Below, piece after piece: positions 46,578 to 55,660 of a stretch of 59,025 nucleotides of DNA. Source of the stretch: Candidatus Limnocylindria bacterium (GTDB lineage Bacteria > Chloroflexota > Limnocylindria > Limnocylindrales > CSP1-4); assembly GCA_035525825.1 (NCBI GenBank), contig DATLDP010000033.1, forward strand, positions 1 to 59,025, given 5' to 3'. Position numbers and translations under genes: made by a program. Below the pieces are notes generated by a model. The model saw nothing but the letters and a program-made list of their open reading frames with translations. It had not been told where the DNA came from and searched no databases. Numbering within the stretch: position 1 is the stretch's first letter; each line of letters begins with the position of its first letter.

Positions 46578-47279
46578 TCAGGCGGCCGGGCCGCGCGAAT
46601 CGGCCGGATCCCGCGACTCGCCGGCGGCCGTCGACGGCACGCCCTCGCCGAGCAGGTCGGCGACGAACGTCGCCACGCCCGGATAGACGACGGCCGCACC
46701 GGCCTCGAAGAGCACCTCGCGGGAGCTGATGGCGGACTCGATCCCGACGCCGATGGCGCCCACCGCCTTCGCCATCCGCATGTCGTCGGGCACGTCGCCG
46801 ACGTAGCGCGCGGTGGCGACCCGTTCGGACCGGTCGAGCTCCCGGAGCACCCGGAGCAGTGGGTCGGGATGGGGCTTTGATGCGATGTCGTCGTTGCCGA
46901 AGACCCGGACCGGGATGAGGTCCGAGAGCCCGTTGCTGTCGAGCTGATTCTCGACTACATCCCGGTGGCCCGCGGTCACGAGCCCGAGGACGAAGCCCGC
47001 GGCGGACAGCCGCTCCAGCGCCTCGGCGACCCCCGGCAGCAGGCCGGCATCGACGGTCTCGCGATACAGCTCCAGCCAGCGAATTCCGGCGGCGTCGAGG
47101 TGCTCGGGCGGGATCCCGAGGCGCTGGTACATCACCCGCCAGTCGGGGATGTAGGCCGAGCGATAGCGGGCATCGTCGAACGGCAGGCCGTACTCCGCGA
47201 GGACCTTGAGGTTCGCCTCGTAGATCGCCGGAAGCGAGTCGAAGAGCGTGCCGTCCCAGTCGAAGACGATGGCGTCCAT
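46578..47279 (-). CDS. HAD-superfamily hydrolase (phosphoglycolate phosphatase-like)
   Basis: IVFDWDGTLFDS, KPHPDP, YVGDVPDD. Confidence 0.9.
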   Translation of the reverse strand: MDAIVFDWDGTLFDSLPAIYEANLKVLAEYGLPFDDARYRSAYIPDWRVMYQRLGIPPEHLDAAGIRWLELYRETVDAGLLPGVAEALERLSAAGFVLGLVTAGHRDVVENQLDSNGLSDLIPVRVFGNDDIASKPHPDPLLRVLRELDRSERVATARYVGDVPDDMRMAKAVGAIGVGIESAISSREVLFEAGAAVVYPGVATFVADLLGEGVPSTAAGESRDPADSRGPAA

Positions 47280-47321
47280 GCCCACCGATCGTAGCGCTCC
47301 CCCGATGCTATCCTCGCCGCC

Positions 47322-47837
47322 GTGCCGACCGCCCTCGAGCACCCTGCCGTTCAGCGGGTGCTGGATGTCGCCGCCAGAAAAGGCGTGACCCTGGAGGTCA
47401 TCGCCTTTCCCGACTCGACCCACACCGCGGCAGATGCCGCCCGCGTCGTCGGTGCGGAGATCGGCCAGATCGTGAAGTCGCTCGTCTTCATCCTCGAGAA
47501 CGAGGGCGGCGAGCTGGAGCCGGTCGTGTGCCTCGTGTCCGGCGCGAATCGCGTGGATCTGGAGCGCCTCGCCGCGGTCCTCGGGCGGCGCGACGTCCGG
47601 CGCGCGACCGCCCGCGAAGCCGACGAGCTGACCGGGTTCACGATCGGCGGCATCCCGCCCTTCGGCCACCGGGCCCGGGTGATCATGGATCCCGACCTGG
47701 GCCGGTACGAGACTGTCTGGGCCGCCGCGGGCTTGCCGACGGTCGTCTTTCCCGTGGCCCCGTCGGTGCTGCGGATGCTCGCCGACGCCCACGTGGCGCC
47801 GATCGCCGAGGAGCCGCCGGTCCTCCAGGCGTCCTGA
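47322..47837 (+). CDS. YbaK/EbsC aminoacyl-tRNA deacylase family protein
   Basis: THTAADAA, QIVKSL, TGFTIGGIPPFG, VWAAAG. Confidence 0.9.
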   Translation: MPTALEHPAVQRVLDVAARKGVTLEVIAFPDSTHTAADAARVVGAEIGQIVKSLVFILENEGGELEPVVCLVSGANRVDLERLAAVLGRRDVRRATAREADELTGFTIGGIPPFGHRARVIMDPDLGRYETVWAAAGLPTVVFPVAPSVLRMLADAHVAPIAEEPPVLQAS

Positions 47838-47876
47838 CGGACGAATCGGGCTCCTCGCCGCCGTGACCGTCCTGCC

Positions 47877-48449
47877 GTGACCGCCGAGCCTCGCGACGCG
47901 ACCATCGCCTATCCCGGCGGGCTTCGAGCGCGCTGGCGCTGGGGCGGCTCCGGTCAGGCTGCGGCCGTGTTCGCGCTTTCCGAGGTCGGCGGCAATCTCC
48001 TCGATCTCGGGCCGGAGGTCTCCCCGGCGCCGGACGAGCTGTGTCGCGCGGAGCTCCGGGTGGACGGGCCCGGCGGCGCGTGGGCGGTTCGGCTGGCATC
48101 AACGCTCAACGACGAGCCGACGGCGCAGCTCTGGGACACCGCGGGTCAGCTCGTCGTGAAGTACGGCTTCCACACCTTCGGGCTCGATGCCCGATCCGGC
48201 GCGCTGCGCTGGTCGCATCGGTCGGCAACGCCGGTGCTCGCGGTCTTCGCTTCCTCAAGGCTCCAGCACGTGATCATCCAGGCGGAGCTGGAGACGTTCG
48301 CCGTCGAGGCCGACGGTGGCGTGGCCTGGCGGATCGCGCATTCGGACGTGGTCACGGAGGCGGCGATGGTCGGCGGGCGCCTCGTCCTCACCGCGTACGG
48401 TGGCGGCGTCAACGCGGTCGACCCGGCCACGGGCCGCGGCGAGGGCTGA
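47877..48449 (+). CDS. Hypothetical protein with PQQ/BamB-like propeller repeats
   Basis: GLDARSGALRW, AVEADGGVAW, AVDPATG. Confidence 0.7.
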   Translation: MTAEPRDATIAYPGGLRARWRWGGSGQAAAVFALSEVGGNLLDLGPEVSPAPDELCRAELRVDGPGGAWAVRLASTLNDEPTAQLWDTAGQLVVKYGFHTFGLDARSGALRWSHRSATPVLAVFASSRLQHVIIQAELETFAVEADGGVAWRIAHSDVVTEAAMVGGRLVLTAYGGGVNAVDPATGRGEG

Positions 48450-48576
48450 CCGACCGAACCGAGGGCGGCCGTGCGACTCGGCGCGCGACCCGGCGCGGGG
48501 CTGGCGCGCAGCCTCACGATGTGGATGCGTCGTGGACAAGCCACCCGTCCCGGGTGAATCTCGTGGACAGGTGGCA

Positions 48577-48605
48577 TTGACCCGCCCGGTCGACCCACCT
48601 AATGT
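48577..48605 (+). promoter_or_regulatory. Near-consensus sigma70/sigmaA promoter
   Basis: TTGACC-N17-TAATGT in a 300-bp intergenic gap; the next CDS has its own -10 element 130 nt downstream. Confidence 0.7.
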
Positions 48606-48610
48606 CTGAA

Positions 48611-48695
48611 CCAGCCCGGAGGGGCTGAACGACACTAACGGCGGCGATCGCATCAACGCCCACGTGTTGCGTAGGTTCCTCCGGGCCCTTTGATT
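48611..48695 (+). ncRNA. Candidate small structured non-coding RNA (family not recognised)
   Basis: Begins just after the promoter. GCCCGGAGG/CCUCCGGGC closing stem, inner CGACAC/GUGUUG and GGCG/CGCC stems, then CUUUGAUU. Confidence 0.45.
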
Positions 48696-48748
48696 CCCCG
48701 GGATCGCCGCGGCCTGGACGGCACTGCCGCGCCACCTATGATTCCGGC

Positions 48749-49675
48749 GTGGCTCCCCTGATCCTTGCTGCCGCGGGCGGGCTCGCCCTCGGCATCGCGT
48801 CCGCGATCCTGCGCGGCTTCGGCCCGCGCTACCGCGTCGGCCGGCTGCTCGCGGTCGTACCGAGGGTGACCGTGGCCGAGGCGCTCGAGCTCGCGAACGC
48901 CGGCGAGCCGCGCTACGTCCGGATCGAGGGCCGCATCGACAGCGACGCCGAGTTCGAGGACCAGGACCACCGGCCCCTCGTCTATCGCCGGACGTCCATG
49001 CACTGGCGGCGCTCGCCGGGCCGGGGCGGGTGGACGCCCCTGGAGGACCCGACGATCGAGTCGATGGGGTTCACCCTGAACGAAGGCCTTGAGGACATCG
49101 CGATCGACGCCCAGGCGCTCGGGGACGGGCTGGTCGTCATCGCCCGGGAGAGCACGGGGCTCGTCCGCGATCTCGGCGAGCGTGCCCCGGAGGGCGTCCC
49201 GGCGGACGCCGAGCTGCGGCTCCGGATCGAGTACCTCTCGAGCATCGATCACGCCACCGTGCTCGGCGTCCCGGCTCGCGGCGCCGATGGCGTCCCCGCG
49301 ATGGGTCCCGGCCTCGGCCGCCCGCTGATCGTGACCACGCTCGAGAACGAGGAGGCGATGCGGGTGCTGACGGGTGGCGCGATCGGGCGCTCCCGGGCCG
49401 CGGTGGCGGGCCTCGCAATCGGCGCCATCCTCATCGCTGCGGCGGCGATCTGGTTCCTTCTCGAGGCGCTGCTCGGCGGCGGCGTCGCGATCGCGCTGGC
49501 GGCCACGCCGGAGCCGACGGTCCGGCCGGGCTCGGACATTCGCGGCGGTGGCGCCGCAGGCTTCCTCGGCACGCCCCTGCTCGCCGTCGGGGCCGTCCTG
49601 GCCATCGGGGTCATCTCCGTCGTGGCCACCCTCGCCTACGTCCGGCTGACCGGCGGGCCGCGCGGAGGTCGCTGA
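48749..49675 (+). CDS. Hypothetical membrane protein with GIDE-like soluble domain
   Basis: N-terminal TM; 'YVRIEGRI...PLVYRR...FTLNEG..IAID' beta-rich region; two C-terminal TM helices. Confidence 0.65.
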   Translation: MAPLILAAAGGLALGIASAILRGFGPRYRVGRLLAVVPRVTVAEALELANAGEPRYVRIEGRIDSDAEFEDQDHRPLVYRRTSMHWRRSPGRGGWTPLEDPTIESMGFTLNEGLEDIAIDAQALGDGLVVIARESTGLVRDLGERAPEGVPADAELRLRIEYLSSIDHATVLGVPARGADGVPAMGPGLGRPLIVTTLENEEAMRVLTGGAIGRSRAAVAGLAIGAILIAAAAIWFLLEALLGGGVAIALAATPEPTVRPGSDIRGGGAAGFLGTPLLAVGAVLAIGVISVVATLAYVRLTGGPRGGR

Positions 49676-49836
49676 CCCGAGAGAGGCGTCAACCCGATCC
49701 ACGGCCGATCGCGGCGCGCGCCCGCAACGGCCTCGAGCCGGCCTCCGTGGAGGGCAGTGGTACTTCTCTCCCATTGGCAAGAAATGTGGGGTACGTGAAC
49801 CTACCCTCGAAGTTCACGAATCCTCCCGGGGGCATC

Positions 49837-52707
49837 TTGTCGAAGCTGGACCTGCACCACCCGCGACCGCTCGATGCGACGCTGACGGTCACGCGCGCCG
49901 CAGAGGTGCTCGGCGTTCACGCCAACACGGTCCGCGCCTGGAGCGACGCCGGGCGCCTCCGCTACTACCGGATCAACCCCCGCGGCGACCGCCGCTACCG
50001 CCTGAGCGACCTCCAGCGCTTCCTCACCGGGCTCGATGCATCCGGGCAGTCATCTGCCGGCGACGACGCCAAGGCCGGCAACCCGCGCCGGCGCGGCGGT
50101 ACGGTTCCGCTGGAGGAACACCAGGCGATGCTCGAGCTCGTCGGGGAGCTGTCGGCCCTCAGCGGCTCGGCCATCCGCGAGGCGCTCGCCAACCCCGGCG
50201 CCCCGCTGAACGCGGCCACGCGGGCCATCCGGGAAAGCCTGCGCGTCGCCCACGCCTCCGCGTGGCGCCTCGAGGAGGGCCGCCTCTCCCCCGTCGCGGT
50301 CGCCGGCGGCGGCCCCGGGCTCGTCCGGCTGCCGGGCTCGTTCGGCGTCCTCGGCGAAGCACTTGGCGCTCCGGGAACCGTGGTCGAGGCCGACCCCGCC
50401 ACGCATCTGTCCGCCACCAACCAGGCGGGCCACGAGGTCGCCGCCGCGATCCCCGGCGACGTGGAGTCGTGGGGCGTGCTGCTCTTGCTCCGCCGGGCGA
50501 CCGAGCCCTTGACCGACCAGGAGCGTGACCTGATCCGCGTTGGTGCCATGGCCCTCGGCAACATCATCCGGGCCTCGTCCTCGGCCGCGGAGGTCGCCCA
50601 TCAGCTCCAGCGGGCCGATGCCCTCCGACGCGTGACCAGCGACATCGGCAGCCGCCTGGACCTGGACGAGATCCTCGACCGGCTCGTCGACCACGCTGCC
50701 GTGCTGTTCGGCGCCGACCGGGTGGCGGCCTTCCTGTTCGAGGAGGACGGCCGGCGGCGGATGGCCGCGTCGCGAGGACTCTCGCCGTCGTGGATCACGG
50801 CAGTGACCTCCGTGGAGGGCAACACCCTGGGAACCGCGGCGATCACCGCCCGCCGGCCGATGTTCTCCGTCCACTACGCAGACGACCCCAGGGTCGGGAA
50901 CCTTCGCGCGGCCGTCATCCAGGAGGGTTTTGACACGGCCTGCGTCGCGCCGCTTTTCGATGCCGGCGCCGAGGAGCCGCTCGGCATCCTCGGCGTCTAT
51001 CACGACCAGCCCCACGCCTGGTCGATCGACGAGCTGGACACCATGGCCGCGCTCGCCACGCAGGCCACGGTCGGGATCAGGGCGGCCGGGAACTACGCCC
51101 AGCTGGCGACCTGGGCAGCGCAGCTCCAGTCGATCCAGGCCCTGGGCACCCGCCTCAACCGCCTGACGAGCGTCAAGGAGATCGGCGATGCGATCGCCAC
51201 GGAGCTCCGACAGCTGATCGACTACCACAACGTCCGGGTCTATCGGCTCGATGGCGACGACCTCGTCCCCGTGGCGATGCAGGGCCGCGTCGGGGAATAC
51301 CTCGATGAGACGCCCGAATTGCTGAAGATCAAGTTCGGTGTCGGGATCACGGGCTGGGTCGCCGAGCACCGGACCGCACAGCGCCTCGACAACGCCGCCA
51401 CGGACACGCGGGCCCAGACGATCGCCGGGACCGAGGACGACCTCGACGAGTCGATGCTCCTCGCGCCGATGCTGTTCGAGGACGAGGTCCTCGGCGTCCT
51501 CGTGCTCTCGAAGCTCGGGCTGCGGCAGTTCCGCGCCGACGACCTCCGGCTGCTGGAGATCTACGCCAGCTTCGCGGCCCAGGCGATGGCCAATGCTGAC
51601 GCGACCCAGCAGCTTCGGGCCCAGTCGGCGGCGCTCGAGCAGAAGGTCCGCGGACAGCGCGAGCTCCTTGGCATCACCGAATCGATCCTGACGACCTATG
51701 ACCCGCCTGTCCTGCTCGGCACGATCGCGGACAGGCTCGGCGAGCTGATCGGGTCGGACAATGTCGCGATCGAGCTCCTGGACAAGGACCAGGGCGTGCT
51801 GACGCCGGTGATCGCGCGAGGAATCGACGCGGACTACTACCTCCGCCCCTGGCAGGCGGGCGAGACGGGGCTCGCGACGTGGGTCCTCGAGCACAACGAG
51901 CCGGTCCGGGTGGTCGACGAGTTCGACGACGAGCGCGTTGCCCAGCCACCCAGTGGCCCGATCCACGGCAGCCTCATCTGCGTCCCCCTCCGCGATCGCG
52001 ATGGGGCCATCGGCGTGCTGACCCTCGAGCGGGTCGGCGAGGGCCGGGTGTTCAGCGAGGACGAGTTCGAGCTGACCCAGCTGTTCGCGGCCCAGGCCTC
52101 GATCGCCCTCCAGAACGCCGAGGTCCACCTCGCGGTCCGGCGGCGCGCCCAGACGGACGTCCTCACCGGGCTGCTCAACCACGGCACGTTCGGCCAGCAG
52201 CTGGACGCCCTCATCGCAGCGGGGGAGGAGTTCAGCCTCGTGATGCTGGACCTGGACCGGTTCAAGCCGGTCAACGACGGCATGGGCCATCAGGCCGGCG
52301 ACCTGCTGCTTCGCCAGGTCGCCGACGCGATCGTCGCCGCGAGCCGCGACAGCGATCGCGTGTATCGCTACGGAGGCGATGAATTCGCGGTGCTGCTGCC
52401 GCGGACGGACGGCGACCAGGTCGGCGTGATTGCCGAGCGCGTCCGGGCGGCCGTCAAGGGGGTGGTGGGCCCCGGTTCCGACTGGCGCGGCCGCGCTCGC
52501 TCGCTCGAGGCGTCCGCCGGCACCGCCTCCTTCCCGGCCGATGGGCAGCGCGCCGAGGAGGTCCTCCTCGCGGCGGACCGCGCGCTGTTCGTGGCCAAGC
52601 GATCCGGCGGTGGCCGCGTTGCCAGCTCGGCCGAGGGCCTGGCCCTCGTCGGGGAGTTCACCCTCCAGACCCCGACGCCGATCGACCCGCTCGCGGGCGC
52701 CGCCTGA
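49837..52707 (+). CDS. Diguanylate cyclase with N-terminal BldC/MerR-like HTH and four GAF domains
   Basis: LTVTRAAEVLGVHANTVRAWSDAG...GDRRY; GAF repeats; DLDRFKPVND.GH..GD; RDSD I-site; RYGGDEF. Start uncertain. Confidence 0.9.
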   Translation: MSKLDLHHPRPLDATLTVTRAAEVLGVHANTVRAWSDAGRLRYYRINPRGDRRYRLSDLQRFLTGLDASGQSSAGDDAKAGNPRRRGGTVPLEEHQAMLELVGELSALSGSAIREALANPGAPLNAATRAIRESLRVAHASAWRLEEGRLSPVAVAGGGPGLVRLPGSFGVLGEALGAPGTVVEADPATHLSATNQAGHEVAAAIPGDVESWGVLLLLRRATEPLTDQERDLIRVGAMALGNIIRASSSAAEVAHQLQRADALRRVTSDIGSRLDLDEILDRLVDHAAVLFGADRVAAFLFEEDGRRRMAASRGLSPSWITAVTSVEGNTLGTAAITARRPMFSVHYADDPRVGNLRAAVIQEGFDTACVAPLFDAGAEEPLGILGVYHDQPHAWSIDELDTMAALATQATVGIRAAGNYAQLATWAAQLQSIQALGTRLNRLTSVKEIGDAIATELRQLIDYHNVRVYRLDGDDLVPVAMQGRVGEYLDETPELLKIKFGVGITGWVAEHRTAQRLDNAATDTRAQTIAGTEDDLDESMLLAPMLFEDEVLGVLVLSKLGLRQFRADDLRLLEIYASFAAQAMANADATQQLRAQSAALEQKVRGQRELLGITESILTTYDPPVLLGTIADRLGELIGSDNVAIELLDKDQGVLTPVIARGIDADYYLRPWQAGETGLATWVLEHNEPVRVVDEFDDERVAQPPSGPIHGSLICVPLRDRDGAIGVLTLERVGEGRVFSEDEFELTQLFAAQASIALQNAEVHLAVRRRAQTDVLTGLLNHGTFGQQLDALIAAGEEFSLVMLDLDRFKPVNDGMGHQAGDLLLRQVADAIVAASRDSDRVYRYGGDEFAVLLPRTDGDQVGVIAERVRAAVKGVVGPGSDWRGRARSLEASAGTASFPADGQRAEEVLLAADRALFVAKRSGGGRVASSAEGLALVGEFTLQTPTPIDPLAGAA

Positions 52708-52734
52708 GCGCGCTCGAGCCGCTTCGCCGCCCGC

Positions 52735-52773
52735 TGTTCACGTCCTGTTACGGCGAGCGTCGCCGATCGTTAC
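52735..52773 (+). promoter_or_regulatory. Phased direct repeats resembling an OmpR/PhoB-family binding site
   Basis: TGTTCA-N5-TGTTAC plus CGTTAC 22 bp further, upstream of the LysM gene. Confidence 0.4.
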
Positions 52774-52795
52774 GCCCGCTCGTCAGAGTCCGGCC

Positions 52796-54040
52796 ATGAC
52801 CGTTCGATCCTCGCGCCCCGACGGAGCCCGCGCGACCCTCGAGTCCCCCTGGCTTGCCGCCGGCCTCGTCGCCGTCGTCATGGCCCTGATCGCCGCGATC
52901 CTGCTCGTGCCCGGGCTCATCGGCTCCGGGGGCCCCGGCGCATCGAGCCGCGCGTCCGGCCCGCCGGCTCCCACCGCCGCGCCCACCGACCCCGCACCCA
53001 CCTTCCTGCGGCCCACCCCGAGCCCCCAGCCATCCTTCAGCTCGTACGTCGTTCGACCCGGCGACACCCTGAGCTCGATCGCCCGGACGTACGACACCAC
53101 GGCTCGCTCGATCGCGTGGTGGAACCGCGGCACCTATCCAATCCTGGACCCGGAATCGGAGTCCTACGACCCGAACCACCTCGAGCTCGGCTGGGTCCTC
53201 GTGCTCCTGCCCGGCACGGAGGTCGACGAGAACAACCCGCCGACGCCCAGTCCCGGTCCCAACGCGACGCCCGGCCTGACCCCGCCCTCTGTCACGCCGC
53301 CGCCGACGCTCCCTCCGACCGGCACCACGCCGCCCAGCCCGAGCCCGCGGCCGACGCGGACGCCGGCCCCGACGCCGAAGCCCACTCCCAAGCCGACGGC
53401 CGCGCCGGCATCGGCCACGGTCGTCTCCCATGGCCCGCGAACCGTCCAGAACATCGCCCTCACGTTCGACATGGGCGGGCGTTTGGACCCCGCCGTCCAG
53501 ATCGTGCAGTGGCTGATCGATCACGACGTCCACGCGAGCCTCTTCCCGACCGGAGCCTCCGCCACCACGACGACCCGAGGGCTCCAGGTGATGCAGCTCG
53601 CGGCGACGCGGCCGGACCTCTTCGACATCGGCAACCACTCCTGGAACCATCCCGACTTCCGCGACCTCACCGCCGCCGAGATGGCCGACCAGCTGATCCG
53701 GACGCAGGCGGCGCTGCTCCCGATCTGCGGCACCACGAAGCCCTGGTTCCGCCCGCCGTACGGTGGCTGGAACGAGGCGGTCCGCGCCGGCGTCGGCGCC
53801 GCGGGCTGGCGAACGATGGTGATGTGGGACGTCGACATGATCGACTGGCGGCCCGAGGCCGACGGTGGCCCCACTGCGGCCGACATGGCCGCGAAGCTGC
53901 AGGCGAACGCCCGGGGCGGCTCGATCGTCCTGATGCACCTCGGCGGCTACAACACGCTCGAGGCGCTGCCCGGGGTCCTGGCGGCCGCCGGCGACCTCGG
54001 CCTGGAGCCCGTGACGCTCACGGAGATGCTCGGGAGCTGA
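52796..54040 (+). CDS. Membrane-anchored LysM plus NodB polysaccharide deacetylase
   Basis: TM; YVVRPGDTLSSIA LysM; P/T linker; IALTFDMG, NHSWNH, FRPPYG, IVLMH. Confidence 0.9.
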   Translation: MTVRSSRPDGARATLESPWLAAGLVAVVMALIAAILLVPGLIGSGGPGASSRASGPPAPTAAPTDPAPTFLRPTPSPQPSFSSYVVRPGDTLSSIARTYDTTARSIAWWNRGTYPILDPESESYDPNHLELGWVLVLLPGTEVDENNPPTPSPGPNATPGLTPPSVTPPPTLPPTGTTPPSPSPRPTRTPAPTPKPTPKPTAAPASATVVSHGPRTVQNIALTFDMGGRLDPAVQIVQWLIDHDVHASLFPTGASATTTTRGLQVMQLAATRPDLFDIGNHSWNHPDFRDLTAAEMADQLIRTQAALLPICGTTKPWFRPPYGGWNEAVRAGVGAAGWRTMVMWDVDMIDWRPEADGGPTAADMAAKLQANARGGSIVLMHLGGYNTLEALPGVLAAAGDLGLEPVTLTEMLGS

Positions 54041-54071
54041 GCCGCCGAGCGAGAGTCGGTCCGGAGCCGGT

Positions 54072-54845
54072 CTAGAGTCGGCCAGCCGCGACCACCCGCT
54101 GCAGGAACTGCCTGGTCCGGGGCTCCCGCGGGTCGGTGAGAAGCTGCGCCGGCGTGCCCTGCTCCAGGATCCGCCCGCCATCCAGGAAGCAGATCCGGTC
54201 CGCGACGTCCCGGGCGAAGCCCATCTCGTGGGTTGCGATGACCATCGTCATCCCGCTGGTTGCGAGCTCGCGGACGACGTCGAGGACCTCGGCGATCAGC
54301 TCGGGATCCAGGGCGCTCGTGATCTCGTCGAGGAGCAGGAGCTGCGGCTCCATCGCAAGCGCTCGCACGATCGCGACGCGCTGCTGCTGCCCGCCGGACA
54401 GGCGGTCCGGGAACTCGCGGGCCTTCTCGCCGAGCCCGAACCGGTCCAATAGCGCGAGGGCCGACGCCTCGGCCTCGCCACGCGGGCGCTTGAGGACCCG
54501 GCGCGGCGCCAGCGTGACGTTGTCGAGGACGCGGAGGTGCGGGAAGAGGTTGAACGACTGGAAGACGATCCCGATCCCCCGCCGGACCTCGTCGACGTTC
54601 ACCCCCGGGCCGGTGATCTCGCGCGCGCCGACGTCGATCCGGCCGGCATCGATCGGCTCGAGGAGGTTGATGCAGCGGAGCAGCGTGGACTTGCCCGAGC
54701 CCGACGCGCCGATGAGGCAGACGACCTCGTGCTCGGCCACCTCGAGGTCGATGCCGTCGAGGACGGTCAGCGGCCCGAACGACTTGCGCAGCCCCTGGAT
54801 GCGCAGCGCCGGCAGCGCCGCGCCCTTGGAAGGCATCGGGGTCAT
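54072..54845 (-). CDS. Polar amino acid ABC ATPase (GlnQ-like)
   Basis: GASGSGKST, FQSFNLFPH, LSGGQQQR, DEITSALDPE, ATHEMGFA. Confidence 0.93.
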   Translation of the reverse strand: MTPMPSKGAALPALRIQGLRKSFGPLTVLDGIDLEVAEHEVVCLIGASGSGKSTLLRCINLLEPIDAGRIDVGAREITGPGVNVDEVRRGIGIVFQSFNLFPHLRVLDNVTLAPRRVLKRPRGEAEASALALLDRFGLGEKAREFPDRLSGGQQQRVAIVRALAMEPQLLLLDEITSALDPELIAEVLDVVRELATSGMTMVIATHEMGFARDVADRICFLDGGRILEQGTPAQLLTDPREPRTRQFLQRVVAAGRL

Positions 54846-55636
54846 GGCCGCGATCCCGCGGAGCTGCGGGCTCGATCGCGGGCAAGGAGCCAGTCCGTGA
54901 TCCGGGTCAGCGGGAGGGTGAGGACAAGGAACACCAGGGCGACGACGAGATACGGCGTGAAGTTGAAGTGGGCCGACTGCTTGATCTGGGCGGTCCGGAA
55001 CAGCTCGACGACGCCGACGAAGGACACCAGCACGGTGTCCTTCTGGAGCCCGATGAAGTCATTGAGGAGCGGTGGGATGACGCGGCGGACCGCCTGCGGC
55101 AGGATCACGTAGCGCATCGATTGGGCGCGGGTCAGCCCGAGCGAACGGGCGGCCGCCTCCTGGCTCGGGTGGATCGACTCGATTCCCGCCCGGTAGACCT
55201 CCGAGACGTACGCAGAGTAGATCAGGGTCAGCGCGACGACCCCCCAGAGGAACGGGTCCTTGGACACGCCGGGGAGGCGCAGGCCGGGAACTGCGAAGCC
55301 CAGGAAGAAGATGACGAGCACGCCGGGCAGCGCGCGAAAGATGTCGGCGTAGGCGATCGCAAGCAGGCGGATGGGGAAGAAGACCGGCCCCGGCAGGTTT
55401 CGAAGGATGGCGACGAGCAGCCCCACGACGAGGACCAGCGCCTCCGCGATGATGAAGAGCTGGACGTTCAGCCGGAAGGCCCAGACGATGCCCGGCACAC
55501 CATCGGCGAACTCCTCGCCGTTGAAGAATGATTCCTGGACCGCGGGCCAGTTCGGGGCGTTGACGACCAGCAGGCCGAGCAGCCCGAAGGCCACCAGCGT
55601 GCTGGCAAACGCGATCCAGCTACTGCGCCGCCCCAT
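54842..55636 (-). CDS. Polar amino acid ABC permease
   Basis: YSAYVSEVYRAGIESI, EAAARSLG, GLQKDT. Confidence 0.92.
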   Translation of the reverse strand: MGRRSSWIAFASTLVAFGLLGLLVVNAPNWPAVQESFFNGEEFADGVPGIVWAFRLNVQLFIIAEALVLVVGLLVAILRNLPGPVFFPIRLLAIAYADIFRALPGVLVIFFLGFAVPGLRLPGVSKDPFLWGVVALTLIYSAYVSEVYRAGIESIHPSQEAAARSLGLTRAQSMRYVILPQAVRRVIPPLLNDFIGLQKDTVLVSFVGVVELFRTAQIKQSAHFNFTPYLVVALVFLVLTLPLTRITDWLLARDRARSSAGSRP

Positions 55637-55660
55637 AGCGGCCGGCTCGATCCCGACCGG

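Noticed and set aside
48611-48695. Assignment to TPP or c-di-GMP riboswitch, 6S, SRP or tmRNA
   Set aside because: Only fragmentary resemblance (GGGGCUGA, GCGUAGG); core consensus elements and expected lengths are not met.
53220-53420. Tandem-repeat-like DNA (ccgacgcc...), also at 22580-22690
   Set aside because: Encodes Pro/Thr-rich protein linkers; these are not independent DNA repeats or CRISPR units.
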